Of a stretch of DNA of 64,000 nt, positions 29,865-39,036 are shown one piece after another; positions within the stretch are counted from its first letter, which is position 1; each line of letters begins with the position of its first letter. Location of the stretch: the IMG/VR virus record IMGVR_UViG_3300030372_001589, positions 6,524-70,523 of that record. The stretch is one strand, 5' to 3'. The stretch is from a virus. Taxonomy: Duplodnaviria; Caudoviricetes. A model generated the notes under the pieces. That model searched no databases. It was not told the DNA's origin and was given only the letters and a program-made list of their open reading frames with translations. Position numbers and translations under genes: made by a program.

Positions 29865-30556
29865 ATTTTCACCTTGTCCTCACTATTTAATGTGTCTAAT
29901 ATTCTTTTGGCAGTCTTTTCGCCTATTCCATCCATGTGACACAATTCATGAACTTTTTGTTCTCCTATTTCCATAATACAACCATACTCTTTAATTAGAG
30001 CCTTTGCCTTTTTTAACGATACACCTTTAATGCTAGTTAAAACATCTAAACGCAAATCGTCTGTTGTAATTCTTTTGAATATTTCTGGCCTTATTACATC
30101 TCTAACAATAGGTTTCATTTTACAAATAGAAGTTATAATCAAGGAGGCTTCTTCTTCAGAAGGAACCCAAAATGCCTTTACATCAGTATCTAATGTAATT
30201 CTTCCTATTGCACCTAGAAACTTATTGTTTAGCATTATCGTTCTTGCTGGCTCTTTAATATTAGACTTACCATGCTTTTTAACATTATAAATCGCTTCAT
30301 CTAAAGAACCATATATAATTACTATGTTTGTTTTATAATGCCTATCCATATTATCAATTTGTGTCCATAATCTTTTACTCATTACGGAACCCAAAAAGTC
30401 TGTTGATGATTTTGCTTCAAAACAAACATCATCAAATACATAATCTCCTATTTCAAGCCATTTCTTTTCTGTTTTGATTCTCAGATTTTTACACTTAGTT
30501 TCAACTAAATGTACTAATTTAGAACCTTGTTTTTCTCTGCTATCTATTACTAACAT
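29861..30556 (-). CDS. ERCC4/XPF (Hef/Mus81-like) structure-specific nuclease with HhH motifs
   Basis: VIDSRE, GDY..FEAK, GIGEKTA. Confidence 0.9.
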   Translation of the reverse strand: MLVIDSREKQGSKLVHLVETKCKNLRIKTEKKWLEIGDYVFDDVCFEAKSSTDFLGSVMSKRLWTQIDNMDRHYKTNIVIIYGSLDEAIYNVKKHGKSNIKEPARTIMLNNKFLGAIGRITLDTDVKAFWVPSEEEASLIITSICKMKPIVRDVIRPEIFKRITTDDLRLDVLTSIKGVSLKKAKALIKEYGCIMEIGEQKVHELCHMDGIGEKTAKRILDTLNSEDKVKI

Positions 30557-31602
30557 TATTCATCCTCCTTTAAATAATCTGGATAACGCCAACACTTACC
30601 AACGCAGTAACCTTCACTAATTAACTTATTACAGAAAGGAGTTTTATAATTACCAAATACTGTAAACTTAGCATGTTTTCTAGTTGTTTGTTCATCCCAA
30701 TCTAACCACACTTCATCATTAGATTCAACCAATTGTTTTATTTCTTTTACAATTAAGTCTAATATTTCTTGTTTTTCCTTTAATGAATTTAATGGTCGCC
30801 TACCTGTTAATAAATCTCTATACCAAGAAACTAGGTATGCTCTAGCAATATGCGAGGGATTCTCCGTCATTATAGCATTATGTAAACAAGGTAATATTGG
30901 GAGTTTTCCTGTATATTTTGGGACAGAAATTTCACCTTCAACGGCTTCGATAGGGGGTACATCGGGAAAAGTGACCTCTATATTACCACCCATTTCAAAG
31001 CGTAAATGCCTTGGTTTGGTTGCTAACTCTAGTATAGTATCTAAACTATGGCTAAGGTCTTCCTTCTGTAATGGGATGCAGTATAGCGGATTGCCATAAT
31101 AATTAGAAGACATATTCACGGTATTAGGTACTCTTCTCAATCTAGTGGTTTGACCCACTCTATCATCAAGCGTCATTTTACCAGCAACATTCGCTCTCAT
31201 GTATGCTTTAATTTCTCTAAAGAAGGTCTGAATGCTTCTGATATTTTTAGCAGGTTTACCGAATAAAAACAGATGAAATCCTCTCCCAGAAAAGAACATA
31301 GTATATCTCCAATCCCTTTCTAAGACTCTTTGCATTACCATTTTTAAATCCCTCCATGCGTATTCTAAATCTTTATCATGTCCGTCAAAGTCTAGAAAGA
31401 TTCTATCAAGAATAACTGATGATTCTATTTTTGCCGTTTCTGAAAAATGTTCAAAATCGTAAACGGTTGTGTAAACATTTGTCCTATTATTTTGAGCATT
31501 AATAAACTCAACATATTCATTCCTCGATAAGACTACTTTTCTTTTCATTTGCGGTGCGTTCTTTATGTGGCTCCCCGCCCATACTTCCCTCGGATATTTC
31601 AT
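30556..31602 (-). CDS. Archaeo-eukaryotic primase, PriS fused to a PriL-like Fe-S domain
   Basis: FLDFD, SGRGFH, DRVG..RLRRVPNT; C-terminal LPCL...PFC...C..KC. Confidence 0.85.
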   Translation of the reverse strand: MKYPREVWAGSHIKNAPQMKRKVVLSRNEYVEFINAQNNRTNVYTTVYDFEHFSETAKIESSVILDRIFLDFDGHDKDLEYAWRDLKMVMQRVLERDWRYTMFFSGRGFHLFLFGKPAKNIRSIQTFFREIKAYMRANVAGKMTLDDRVGQTTRLRRVPNTVNMSSNYYGNPLYCIPLQKEDLSHSLDTILELATKPRHLRFEMGGNIEVTFPDVPPIEAVEGEISVPKYTGKLPILPCLHNAIMTENPSHIARAYLVSWYRDLLTGRRPLNSLKEKQEILDLIVKEIKQLVESNDEVWLDWDEQTTRKHAKFTVFGNYKTPFCNKLISEGYCVGKCWRYPDYLKEDE

Positions 31603-31891
31603 TATTTTTACCTCCAAAATTTACTGTTGCTGTATTCAGCATATTTCTAATTACTCCTGCTATTTCACCGGATAGTTTAGTATTGATTGCTTCTCTCATT
31701 ACATCTTCAAATGTATGGCCTACGAAGTTTTCATTTATTCTAATATCTCTAATTAACTCAAACCTTTCAGACAATTTAGATTCTGAATAGATTTCATTAC
31801 ATAAAGCATCTATTGTTTGTTTTAGATTAGATATTTCTGTAAAAGTCCAATCTCTCGCAAGTACCTTTTCTTTTATCATTTCTTCATTCAT
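31517..31891 (-). CDS. Hypothetical protein
   Basis: ORF in operon context; 3' end overlaps the primase start. Confidence 0.55.
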   Translation of the reverse strand: MNEEMIKEKVLARDWTFTEISNLKQTIDALCNEIYSESKLSERFELIRDIRINENFVGHTFEDVMREAINTKLSGEIAGVIRNMLNTATVNFGGKNNEISEGSMGGEPHKERTANEKKSSLIEE

Positions 31892-31895
31892 TTAA

Positions 31896-32801
31896 TCACA
31901 ACCATGTATCAGTTTGTGCCGCATCGCAAATACCAAAGAACGAACAATGTGAACAAGTCTTATAGAAAAACTTCGCTGGGAAGTGTGAATTTTCATAAGA
32001 CCAAATCAATTTAGCAATATTATTCATTACCGATGTCATAGTTCTTGTTTTTACTTCTTGAGAAAAGACATAATTAGATACAGGATAATACCAACCCCAA
32101 TGAGTTACTCTCTTATTGGGGTCTAATCCGTTTTTAATTAACACTTCATCTTCTGCGTTTTCAATAAGTAATTGATAGAAAGCCATTTCCTTTCTCATAC
32201 TTGTTCCTTTGTAATCTTTCCAAGGCCCTGTTTTGTATTCAAAAGGAATATAGCCTCCGTTTTCCTCAAAGATTCTATCAATAATACCTTGAATGTGTAT
32301 CTTGTAATCTCTTTTTAGAGGAAACTTAGGGTTTGTATCTTTGTCAATTGTTATATTAGCATCGAATTTTCCTTCGTTACAAACAGGCAAGTATTCATTT
32401 ATCTTGTCAGCATCTCTCGCTTCAATGAACCGTTCTGCTTCAAAGGCAGATTGAGTAATTGAAATATCTAAGTATTCATCAATCGGATGAAGACTTTGAC
32501 AGTATTCATATAACTCATCGGGAGTCATTGATTCTGCTTTCTTTACATCAAAGGTATTGAAAAAATTCTCTCTTGTTGTATGACAGATTGTTCCCTTCAA
32601 CATAGCGTCTGTTTGGTCTTGAGGCAAACGCTGGATATAAGAAAAATCGTACTTTTTAGGACACCAATCGAATGAACCTAAAGAAGATTTAGTTATTTTT
32701 AATATCGGTTTGCTAGGGTCGTCATAATTTTCATGTTTCCAATCATAAGTAAAATCCTGCATAGCAGAAATTACCGCATTATATTTTTCATCGTTATTCA
32801 T
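31896..32801 (-). CDS. Cas4/RecB-like PD-(D/E)XK exonuclease with Fe-S cysteines
   Basis: WCPKKY, GTICH, GIIDRI, EYKTG, CSHCSFFGIC. Confidence 0.85.
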   Translation of the reverse strand: MNNDEKYNAVISAMQDFTYDWKHENYDDPSKPILKITKSSLGSFDWCPKKYDFSYIQRLPQDQTDAMLKGTICHTTRENFFNTFDVKKAESMTPDELYEYCQSLHPIDEYLDISITQSAFEAERFIEARDADKINEYLPVCNEGKFDANITIDKDTNPKFPLKRDYKIHIQGIIDRIFEENGGYIPFEYKTGPWKDYKGTSMRKEMAFYQLLIENAEDEVLIKNGLDPNKRVTHWGWYYPVSNYVFSQEVKTRTMTSVMNNIAKLIWSYENSHFPAKFFYKTCSHCSFFGICDAAQTDTWL

Positions 32802-32802
32802 A

Positions 32803-33684
32803 TTACCACCAATCATCTAATTTCTTTTGTATTTTACCTGTTCTGATACTTGATATATCCCAATCCATAGCCTTGTAAATAGGCTTTGCCTTCTCTATTA
32901 CCTGTTCTGCGTAGTGTTTCCAATCGGGTACATAACCCTTGAAATCTGCGTAGGTTGTACCGGAAACATATTCCGCCTGTCTTTTCTCTCCTGTTAATGG
33001 ATGAGTATATGTTTTATGCAAGTGCTTTACTTTTAGAAATAAATAAGAATCGTCAAACTCCATATTAGTATGTTCCCAAGCATAAAGAATACCTGCAATA
33101 CCCTCACCAAAAGAAGGTTTTTTGTTTTCTAAGGTAACAAATAATTTACCTTTTACTCCACATTTTTTGCACCATTTTATAGGTTCTTTAATGTGATGTT
33201 TAAGCCCACAATCGGGACACTTTACATTGAAGCGATTGCTTCTTAGTCTTGCTCTTTTGATAAAAGATTCAGTATCTATTTTACCTTCTAATACAGAAAC
33301 ATAAGTGTCGTATAGATACTTATTGATTTCTTCTTTAGACTTCTGCTGAACCCACATTTTCAAAGCAGTAGTTTGCACATCTTTTGCTAATTTAGTTTCA
33401 CTAACTCTTTTAGCAGTAAACCCTGTCATAGTGAACTTTTGTTCATCTAACCATTCTCCATCATCCCATGATACTAAACCTGCATTACGGTTTTTTACAG
33501 TCCCTACTCCTAAAGCAGAAAAATACTTTTCAAACTCTAATTGAACAGGGTGTTCATCTAAACCTAAAACATTAGGGAAATGTTCTCTAACACTTGCTTC
33601 TATTTCTTTGATAGCAGTTTGAGCCTTTTCAACTGAATCAATCTGAACATAGATTGAATCTGTATGCCCATAAACTACTTTCAT
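32803..33684 (-). CDS. polB: Family B DNA polymerase, C-terminal subunit (motif C, thumb, Zn finger, PIP box)
   Basis: Starts MKVVYGHTDS; LEFEK, KNR; CPDC...CKKC; ends QKKLDDWW. Confidence 0.9.
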   Translation of the reverse strand: MKVVYGHTDSIYVQIDSVEKAQTAIKEIEASVREHFPNVLGLDEHPVQLEFEKYFSALGVGTVKNRNAGLVSWDDGEWLDEQKFTMTGFTAKRVSETKLAKDVQTTALKMWVQQKSKEEINKYLYDTYVSVLEGKIDTESFIKRARLRSNRFNVKCPDCGLKHHIKEPIKWCKKCGVKGKLFVTLENKKPSFGEGIAGILYAWEHTNMEFDDSYLFLKVKHLHKTYTHPLTGEKRQAEYVSGTTYADFKGYVPDWKHYAEQVIEKAKPIYKAMDWDISSIRTGKIQKKLDDWW

Positions 33685-33884
33685 TCTTCTTCCCCCGAAG
33701 CCAGCCACATATCAAAAGCATTAGGTAATTCCTCTATTATGATAGCCCTAATTTCATCTCTCAGATTTATTTGTCCTTCTATCAAAATATCGCTTAATCT
33801 CCAAGACATAGATTTTTTAATGCTATTAAATGCTTTTTTATCCTTAATTATCGCTTGTGCTATTTTATCTGCAATAACCATCAA
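33681..33884 (-). CDS. Hypothetical protein (between polB halves)
   Basis: 67 aa, ATGA overlaps. Confidence 0.6.
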   Translation of the reverse strand: MMVIADKIAQAIIKDKKAFNSIKKSMSWRLSDILIEGQINLRDEIRAIIIEELPNAFDMWLASGEEE

Positions 33885-34165
33885 ACGCCACCCACCTTAT
33901 CGGGTGCATATATTAGATTATTGAATGTTAATTCAGGATGCAACTTTTGTAGGTCATTTTGTAATTCATGCACTGCTTTTGCTACATTGTATGTTTGCGA
34001 ATCTTCGTTAAGCACACTATCCCATTCAATTTCCAATCTTTCGATTTTGTTTTCCAAATCTCTGATTCTTTCGTCTAATTCTTCTATTCTATTAACAAGA
34101 CCTTCATTTTCCATTGTTAGTCTTTTAACTTCTTTATTTAATTTATCTATTTCGTATTGATTCAT
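33881..34165 (-). CDS. Coiled-coil protein (between polB halves)
   Basis: Heptad pattern LNKEVKRLTMENEGLVNRIEELDERIRDLENKIERLE. Confidence 0.7.
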   Translation of the reverse strand: MNQYEIDKLNKEVKRLTMENEGLVNRIEELDERIRDLENKIERLEIEWDSVLNEDSQTYNVAKAVHELQNDLQKLHPELTFNNLIYAPDKVGGV

Positions 34166-34290
34166 ATTACCACCGTAATTATTGTTATAATGGTTGCTAT
34201 GTTTACGATATTTACCATCATTAATATCTTGTTACTTCTTGCTATCATAGCCAGCAATTCTTCTAATAACTCATTCGTTCTGTCCATCAT
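34162..34290 (-). CDS. 42-aa peptide with C-terminal hydrophobic anchor (not in ORF track)
   Basis: MMDRTNELLEELLAMIARSNKILMMVNIVNIATIITIITVVI*; ATGA overlap. Confidence 0.55.
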   Translation of the reverse strand: MMDRTNELLEELLAMIARSNKILMMVNIVNIATIITIITVVI

Positions 34291-34441
34291 CAAGATTAAC
34301 ACCTTGTTCTATATCTATAATGATAGCATTACGCTTCAAATTATTCATCATTTGAAATAATTCCTTTACTTCTTCTAAAGTAATATTCCAAGTTTCTTCT
34401 GTATCATACGATACTTTAACTGTTACATATTTAGTTTGCAT
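34271..34441 (-). CDS. 56-aa hypothetical protein (not in ORF track)
   Basis: MQTKYVTVKVSYDTEETW...DDGQNE*, GGAGTG SD. Confidence 0.55.
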   Translation of the reverse strand: MQTKYVTVKVSYDTEETWNITLEEVKELFQMMNNLKRNAIIIDIEQGVNLDDGQNE

Positions 34442-34446
34442 TTAAT

Positions 34447-34656
34447 TCACTCCAAGGGGTGTTCTATATCTTTATCTCCAAGAACCCAACGAAGAGATTT
34501 AACTACACCTTCTAATGCTTTATAATTTCGCATATGGTATATTCTCTCTTTCTTTGAAGATTTTTGCATTTTAGTATAGTGCATATTTTGTTTTCTTTCT
34601 GCTTTATCTAACATATCTTCTATTTCAACCCAAGTCCTATTGTATTTAAACACCAT
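34447..34656 (-). CDS. Hypothetical protein (helical hairpin)
   Basis: ATG 34656 after GGAGG SD. Confidence 0.6.
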   Translation of the reverse strand: MVFKYNRTWVEIEDMLDKAERKQNMHYTKMQKSSKKERIYHMRNYKALEGVVKSLRWVLGDKDIEHPLE

Positions 34657-34870
34657 TAGTATTCCTCCTACGATATAAATACCTACCATCGTGTTTTCCT
34701 ACCACATTACAATTTCTTTTTAAGAAACTAGCAATTGCGCTAGCACAAGGAATACAAGTAGTTCCGTGTTTATCGACTAATCTTTCTCGCAAATAAATTG
34801 CAGTAAAAGGTTCATCCCATAGTTCTATCATATTTATAGCCCATTCCATATATCTTTTTTTCGTATTCAT
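34646..34870 (-). CDS. Possible winged-helix protein
   Basis: FTAIYLRERL...CASAIASFLK...YLYRR; GGAG SD. Confidence 0.5.
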   Translation of the reverse strand: MNTKKRYMEWAINMIELWDEPFTAIYLRERLVDKHGTTCIPCASAIASFLKRNCNVVGKHDGRYLYRRRNTNGV

Positions 34871-35004
34871 ACAAATCTCTCCTTATGTCCACAAGTGCTA
34901 CAAGTTAATATAGCCTTTTCACGAACATAATACATGTTCTTTTTTGTTTTGGGATAATATGTGGTTAATTTCATCTCCCCGTCTTTACATTGTAAACACT
35001 TCAT
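34867..35004 (-). CDS. 45-aa Zn-ribbon protein (not in ORF track)
   Basis: MKCLQC-x28-CSTCGH; ATGA overlaps on both sides. Confidence 0.7.
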   Translation of the reverse strand: MKCLQCKDGEMKLTTYYPKTKKNMYYVREKAILTCSTCGHKERFV

Positions 35005-36653
35005 ATTCCCATCTCCTTCGCCTTAAATGCCGCTAATCTAATTGCTTCTCTTGCACTTGCAGTAATAGAAGCCGCTAATTTAGGGTTAGCCCAACTAAAG
35101 CCGGTATATCCGATAATGCCATAAAAAGATGCAGATAGCCGTTTGACCGCCATTTGGTTATTATACCATTTTCTAAATTCATCTTCGGTTTCAGCATTCT
35201 TCATATTCTTCTTGTAAGAGTTTCTTAACTCCTTCAATTCTAATACTGCTCTTGGTAAAACACCTAATTTATCAGTCTTGAAATAAACCATATCTTCTGC
35301 CACCGACTCGCTGAAATCTCTCGGCGTTAATATATTTACTGCAAAGTCTGTTGGTTCGTCTGAAATAGTTTCCCAACTGATATTCCTTGCAATCATCATT
35401 GAAGGATATAGACCTGCAAAATCAAACGCCGCTACATTAAGATGTAATCCGTTAGTATTTTCACTTAACGGGTCATAAATCATAGCCCCTTGATATGGTT
35501 GCTTCTTCTCTTTTTTATTTCCTGTTGGTGCTTTCCAATAGGCATTTCTCATAAAGTAAATACTACCCATATGTGAAGCATAGAAACAAGCATCAAATGG
35601 TGCTTTCAATAATCTTTGTAGTGCTATAATCGCTTCACTACAATAATTAGTTTCGTCTATCTCAACAATCAATTCAACATCTTTTAGAGCATACTGTAAA
35701 TAAGTTTCAGTATCTTCTAGCCAAGCCCTACGGTAAAACTCGTTAGGGTCGGAAAACTTTTCTGAAACTAACTTCTTCTTGTTAAGTAAAGATTCAGATA
35801 CATAATCCAAAGATAGAGAAGGTAATGTTCCTCTTTGCGAGTCATTCCATTGTCTTTCAAAAGCCATGTCTAATGAGAGGGTTATGCGACCCCCTATGGG
35901 CTGTTCTATTGGCGAGAATCCTTTTTCACCTTTAGTGTATTTGAAGCCATTCTTGGTCTTTTTAAGACCATCTATGCGGTTAATCGGTGACATTCTATTA
36001 GGGTTAATTCCTAATGCACAGCACCTTTCAAGCAATTTAGGTATATCTGCAAAGTGACCGAACCAAGCAATTAGCATATCGGGGTCTTTGACTATCATTG
36101 TAGTAATAAAATGTTCAAGCATCGCTTTTTCATTAGCAAATACATGAAGATTAATTTCATCAGAACCTAATTTCGTTTCTTCTGTTATATTAGGAAACCA
36201 CACCCATTGGGTATATTCCAAATCATAATTATCATACATTACAATAGTAGTAATTTCATTATGATGTTCACCGCCTTGTTGCCATTCCATATCCCAATAC
36301 CATTTACGCATGTTATACTCCGGCATTTCTGAAATAGAATCAACGGCATATCTAAATGTATAGGGTACATCTGCTTCGTATGTTTGCTTAAACATTTTTC
36401 TAGCAGAAAATATATCAAAAGAGTTTTCCACATAAACTTTCTTTAAGCGTTCACCATCTATATTTACCCAATCCCCCCTTTCATATTCAAACTCTCGTTT
36501 GATATACTTAGAAGGAGAATATGTTGTTTGTTCCTTTTCGTTTTCCTTTACATAGAAGTAGGGTCTAAATCTTTCCAATTCGAATTTCTTTTCATTATTC
36601 TCTCTCCAAGATTTGTATATGTGTTTTCCATCTAAACACCTACTAATTATCAT
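35001..36653 (-). CDS. polB: Family B DNA polymerase, N-terminal subunit (exonuclease + motifs A, B)
   Basis: WDME (ExoI), YALKD (ExoIII), DFAGLYPS (motif A), KRLSASFYG (motif B); ends just before motif C. Confidence 0.9.
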   Translation of the reverse strand: MIISRCLDGKHIYKSWRENNEKKFELERFRPYFYVKENEKEQTTYSPSKYIKREFEYERGDWVNIDGERLKKVYVENSFDIFSARKMFKQTYEADVPYTFRYAVDSISEMPEYNMRKWYWDMEWQQGGEHHNEITTIVMYDNYDLEYTQWVWFPNITEETKLGSDEINLHVFANEKAMLEHFITTMIVKDPDMLIAWFGHFADIPKLLERCCALGINPNRMSPINRIDGLKKTKNGFKYTKGEKGFSPIEQPIGGRITLSLDMAFERQWNDSQRGTLPSLSLDYVSESLLNKKKLVSEKFSDPNEFYRRAWLEDTETYLQYALKDVELIVEIDETNYCSEAIIALQRLLKAPFDACFYASHMGSIYFMRNAYWKAPTGNKKEKKQPYQGAMIYDPLSENTNGLHLNVAAFDFAGLYPSMMIARNISWETISDEPTDFAVNILTPRDFSESVAEDMVYFKTDKLGVLPRAVLELKELRNSYKKNMKNAETEDEFRKWYNNQMAVKRLSASFYGIIGYTGFSWANPKLAASITASAREAIRLAAFKAKEMGI

Positions 36654-37448
36654 TCAGTTACCCCCTGTAAAGGGGGCTTTAACAACCATTTTATTCGGGC
36701 CAACAATCAAAAGAGGAAACTCATCTTTTACATAAAAGTTAAGCAATCCCTGTCCTTTCAAAAACTTATGAAGTGGGCCAGAATACTGTAATGTAGCGGC
36801 ATCTCCTATTGATTGGGTCGGGTGTAATACTTGCTCATACCTATTGGCTATCCCATTTTCACTGCTAATTTGAAGTGTTGAATGAACATTTACTTCATTA
36901 TCAGTAGGTAAATAATTCAAAAGATAAACACCGCTTTTAACCAATTCACAGCCACTTACTGCTTCATCGAATAAAGTATCGGGTACTTGAAAAGCCCCTT
37001 CAAAATTAGAAGAACCGAATTTCCATAGATTATTGATAACAGGCTCAAAAGCCACACCATCAACCATCTGCTTGATTCTTTCAATAGCGTCAATGTTAGG
37101 ATGATTAACTGCGGCTGGAATAGAAGCAGATTTATTTCCGCTACTAACTGCCAAAAAGTCAGTATAGTTAAGAGTAACAATACCGTTAAACTTTTTCAAG
37201 TAAGGAATAATTGTTGCCGCACTGCCGATGAATGTTCCCTCTTCTATTGTTTCTTCAACAGGTAAAGTTAGAGTCAATCCAAAAGTAGTGTCACCATTCC
37301 ATAAAGTTAAGGTATCGTTCTCTAATTGCATTAGAACATATTCTCCTAATCTTGAATTAGATAATCCACCATCACCTAAATACATTCCTTTGCCTTGTAT
37401 ATCTTCTAATGCCTTTGTTATTAATTTTGATTCTATTCTAAATATCAT
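36654..37448 (-). CDS. PCNA-like sliding clamp
   Basis: 264 aa; clamp-like alternating pattern; C-terminal LNFYVKDEFPLLI...KAP; adjacent to polB, near RFC genes. Confidence 0.65.
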   Translation of the reverse strand: MIFRIESKLITKALEDIQGKGMYLGDGGLSNSRLGEYVLMQLENDTLTLWNGDTTFGLTLTLPVEETIEEGTFIGSAATIIPYLKKFNGIVTLNYTDFLAVSSGNKSASIPAAVNHPNIDAIERIKQMVDGVAFEPVINNLWKFGSSNFEGAFQVPDTLFDEAVSGCELVKSGVYLLNYLPTDNEVNVHSTLQISSENGIANRYEQVLHPTQSIGDAATLQYSGPLHKFLKGQGLLNFYVKDEFPLLIVGPNKMVVKAPFTGGN

Positions 37449-37878
37449 TTAATTCCCTCTTTACACTTTGTATTTCTTTTCCTAATTCTATTAATCTAGA
37501 ATGTAATTTTGCCACTTTATTTTTATTTCGATAAATTTCTTTTGTCCTATTATAAAAAGGATGAAGTGGTTGTTTTTCACTTATTGCTTGAAGCAAACAC
37601 TGTAATTTAACTATATCCTTCTCTTTCCAAAGAAAATCTGGTGATTCTAATTTTTTAGGAGAATACCTTTTTCCTCTATTTTTAGTTGGAGCAAATTTAC
37701 TTGAACAGTAGTCGCAATCACAGTGCATATAACACATATCTTTGTTTTCATTTTGACAAAGATTGTATCTTTCGCTGTTGTTATCATACATTCTGCATCT
37801 ATCGCCCGCTTTTACGCCATGTCCGTCATTTACTATACCGTGACATTGGCCTCTTTCCGACGAAACAGACTTGCTCAA
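37438..37878 (-). CDS. Cys/His-rich Zn-binding protein with C-terminal helix
   Basis: QCHG...RC...LC...CYMHCDCDYC. Confidence 0.6.
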   Translation of the reverse strand: MSKSVSSERGQCHGIVNDGHGVKAGDRCRMYDNNSERYNLCQNENKDMCYMHCDCDYCSSKFAPTKNRGKRYSPKKLESPDFLWKEKDIVKLQCLLQAISEKQPLHPFYNRTKEIYRNKNKVAKLHSRLIELGKEIQSVKRELNDI

Positions 37879-38684
37879 ACTTTACCCTCCCTTAATTCGG
37901 GAATGCCATTCCAAGTAATGTTAGGCGGAGTACCTTGTCTAATAGTCCAAGTAGTGCCAACTAAATTACCATTAGTGCGACTACCGACTAATTCAGCCAA
38001 ATAGTGCATTTCACCCTTTACCTTCTTTCTTGAGCAGTGAATCTCTTGTTCCAATTTACCGCCCCAATCTTTCCAATTAGCAATCATGCCAATAGGAGAG
38101 CCGTCTTGATACTTTTCTGTTTCGTGAGTAATATAGATTACATCACAATCAAGAAGATATATCGAATCTAATAGGTGATAGAAAGTCTTGTTTCTTGCAC
38201 CGTATTGATATGGCATAACCTTTGTAACTAAAGTCGGGTTAGGATTAATCTTCAAGATACAAGAGTCAAGCCAAGTATCAACGCCGTCAAGAACAAATAC
38301 AGGTCTTTCGCCTTCTTCAATCTTAGACCTAACATATTTGATAAACATATGCGAATTGTCTTCGCTCTTTTGTATATCAATTACATTGTCTTTGTTCATT
38401 TCAATAGGACAATACACTTGTATTCTCTCAGTCGCTTCGTGATGTTCACGCCATGTTGATTCAACGCCTTTATCCCAATCTAAAACATAAATTGGTCTAT
38501 CGGCAAAATCTAAAGCGATACCTGTCTTTCCTGTTTTTGGATGGCCCCAAATACCTAACACTAATCTAGAATTAACCTTCTTTCTTTTATTAGCCATTAG
38601 TTCTTGAAACTTATTATTAAACTCTTCTTGTTTCTTTCCAAAATCCATATTACTTGCTGTTCCTTGTTTACTCGTCAAACTCAT
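37875..38684 (-). CDS. RecA-fold ATPase (AAA_24/Sak4-like recombination protein)
   Basis: GHPKTGKT, VLDWDKG, FVLDGVD; next to the SSB gene. Confidence 0.7.
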   Translation of the reverse strand: MSLTSKQGTASNMDFGKKQEEFNNKFQELMANKRKKVNSRLVLGIWGHPKTGKTGIALDFADRPIYVLDWDKGVESTWREHHEATERIQVYCPIEMNKDNVIDIQKSEDNSHMFIKYVRSKIEEGERPVFVLDGVDTWLDSCILKINPNPTLVTKVMPYQYGARNKTFYHLLDSIYLLDCDVIYITHETEKYQDGSPIGMIANWKDWGGKLEQEIHCSRKKVKGEMHYLAELVGSRTNGNLVGTTWTIRQGTPPNITWNGIPELREGKV

Positions 38685-38934
38685 CGTCTTCACCTAATTC
38701 ATCTATTTCTATTTCTATTTTATTTCCATGAACCTTAGTCCATTCTTCTATAATCATTTTTAATTCTTCTTTGGAACAGATGTACCTAGCCTCTTTAGAG
38801 CCAATGTGCATCTTCAACCAATAAGTACCGTATTCCGTTGCATTTTCCTTCCAAGTCAAAAAGTCAACATTAATCAAATCAATAATGTAACTATTGCCTT
38901 TTAGTAGGAACCTGCCTTCTAATATTCTATTCAT
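38668..38934 (-). CDS. Hypothetical protein (PH-like beta pattern)
   Basis: ATG 38934 after GAGG SD. Confidence 0.55.
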   Translation of the reverse strand: MNRILEGRFLLKGNSYIIDLINVDFLTWKENATEYGTYWLKMHIGSKEARYICSKEELKMIIEEWTKVHGNKIEIEIDELGEDDEFDE

Positions 38935-39036
38935 TCTAATTCCTCTTAAATTTAAATAGGGCTTCGCACCCATTTGAGCATCTATTTCTCCACAAGTTTA
39001 TGCTTACACTTGTATGCCTTCATTTGGAGTTAAACT

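Noticed and set aside
31896-32801. CRISPR-Cas system suggested by the Cas4-like gene
   Set aside because: No repeat-spacer array or other cas genes seen; solo Cas4-like nucleases are common in viral replication modules.
33660-35030. Split intein joining the two PolB halves
   Set aside because: No intein N-terminal Cys/Ser block at the end of PolB-N and no C-terminal His-Asn block at the start of PolB-C; both ends are plain polymerase sequence.
38960-38966. GCGAAGC mini-hairpin on the - strand (N4-like promoter hairpin)
   Set aside because: Single 7-mer, no virion RNA polymerase gene in the window; expected by chance.
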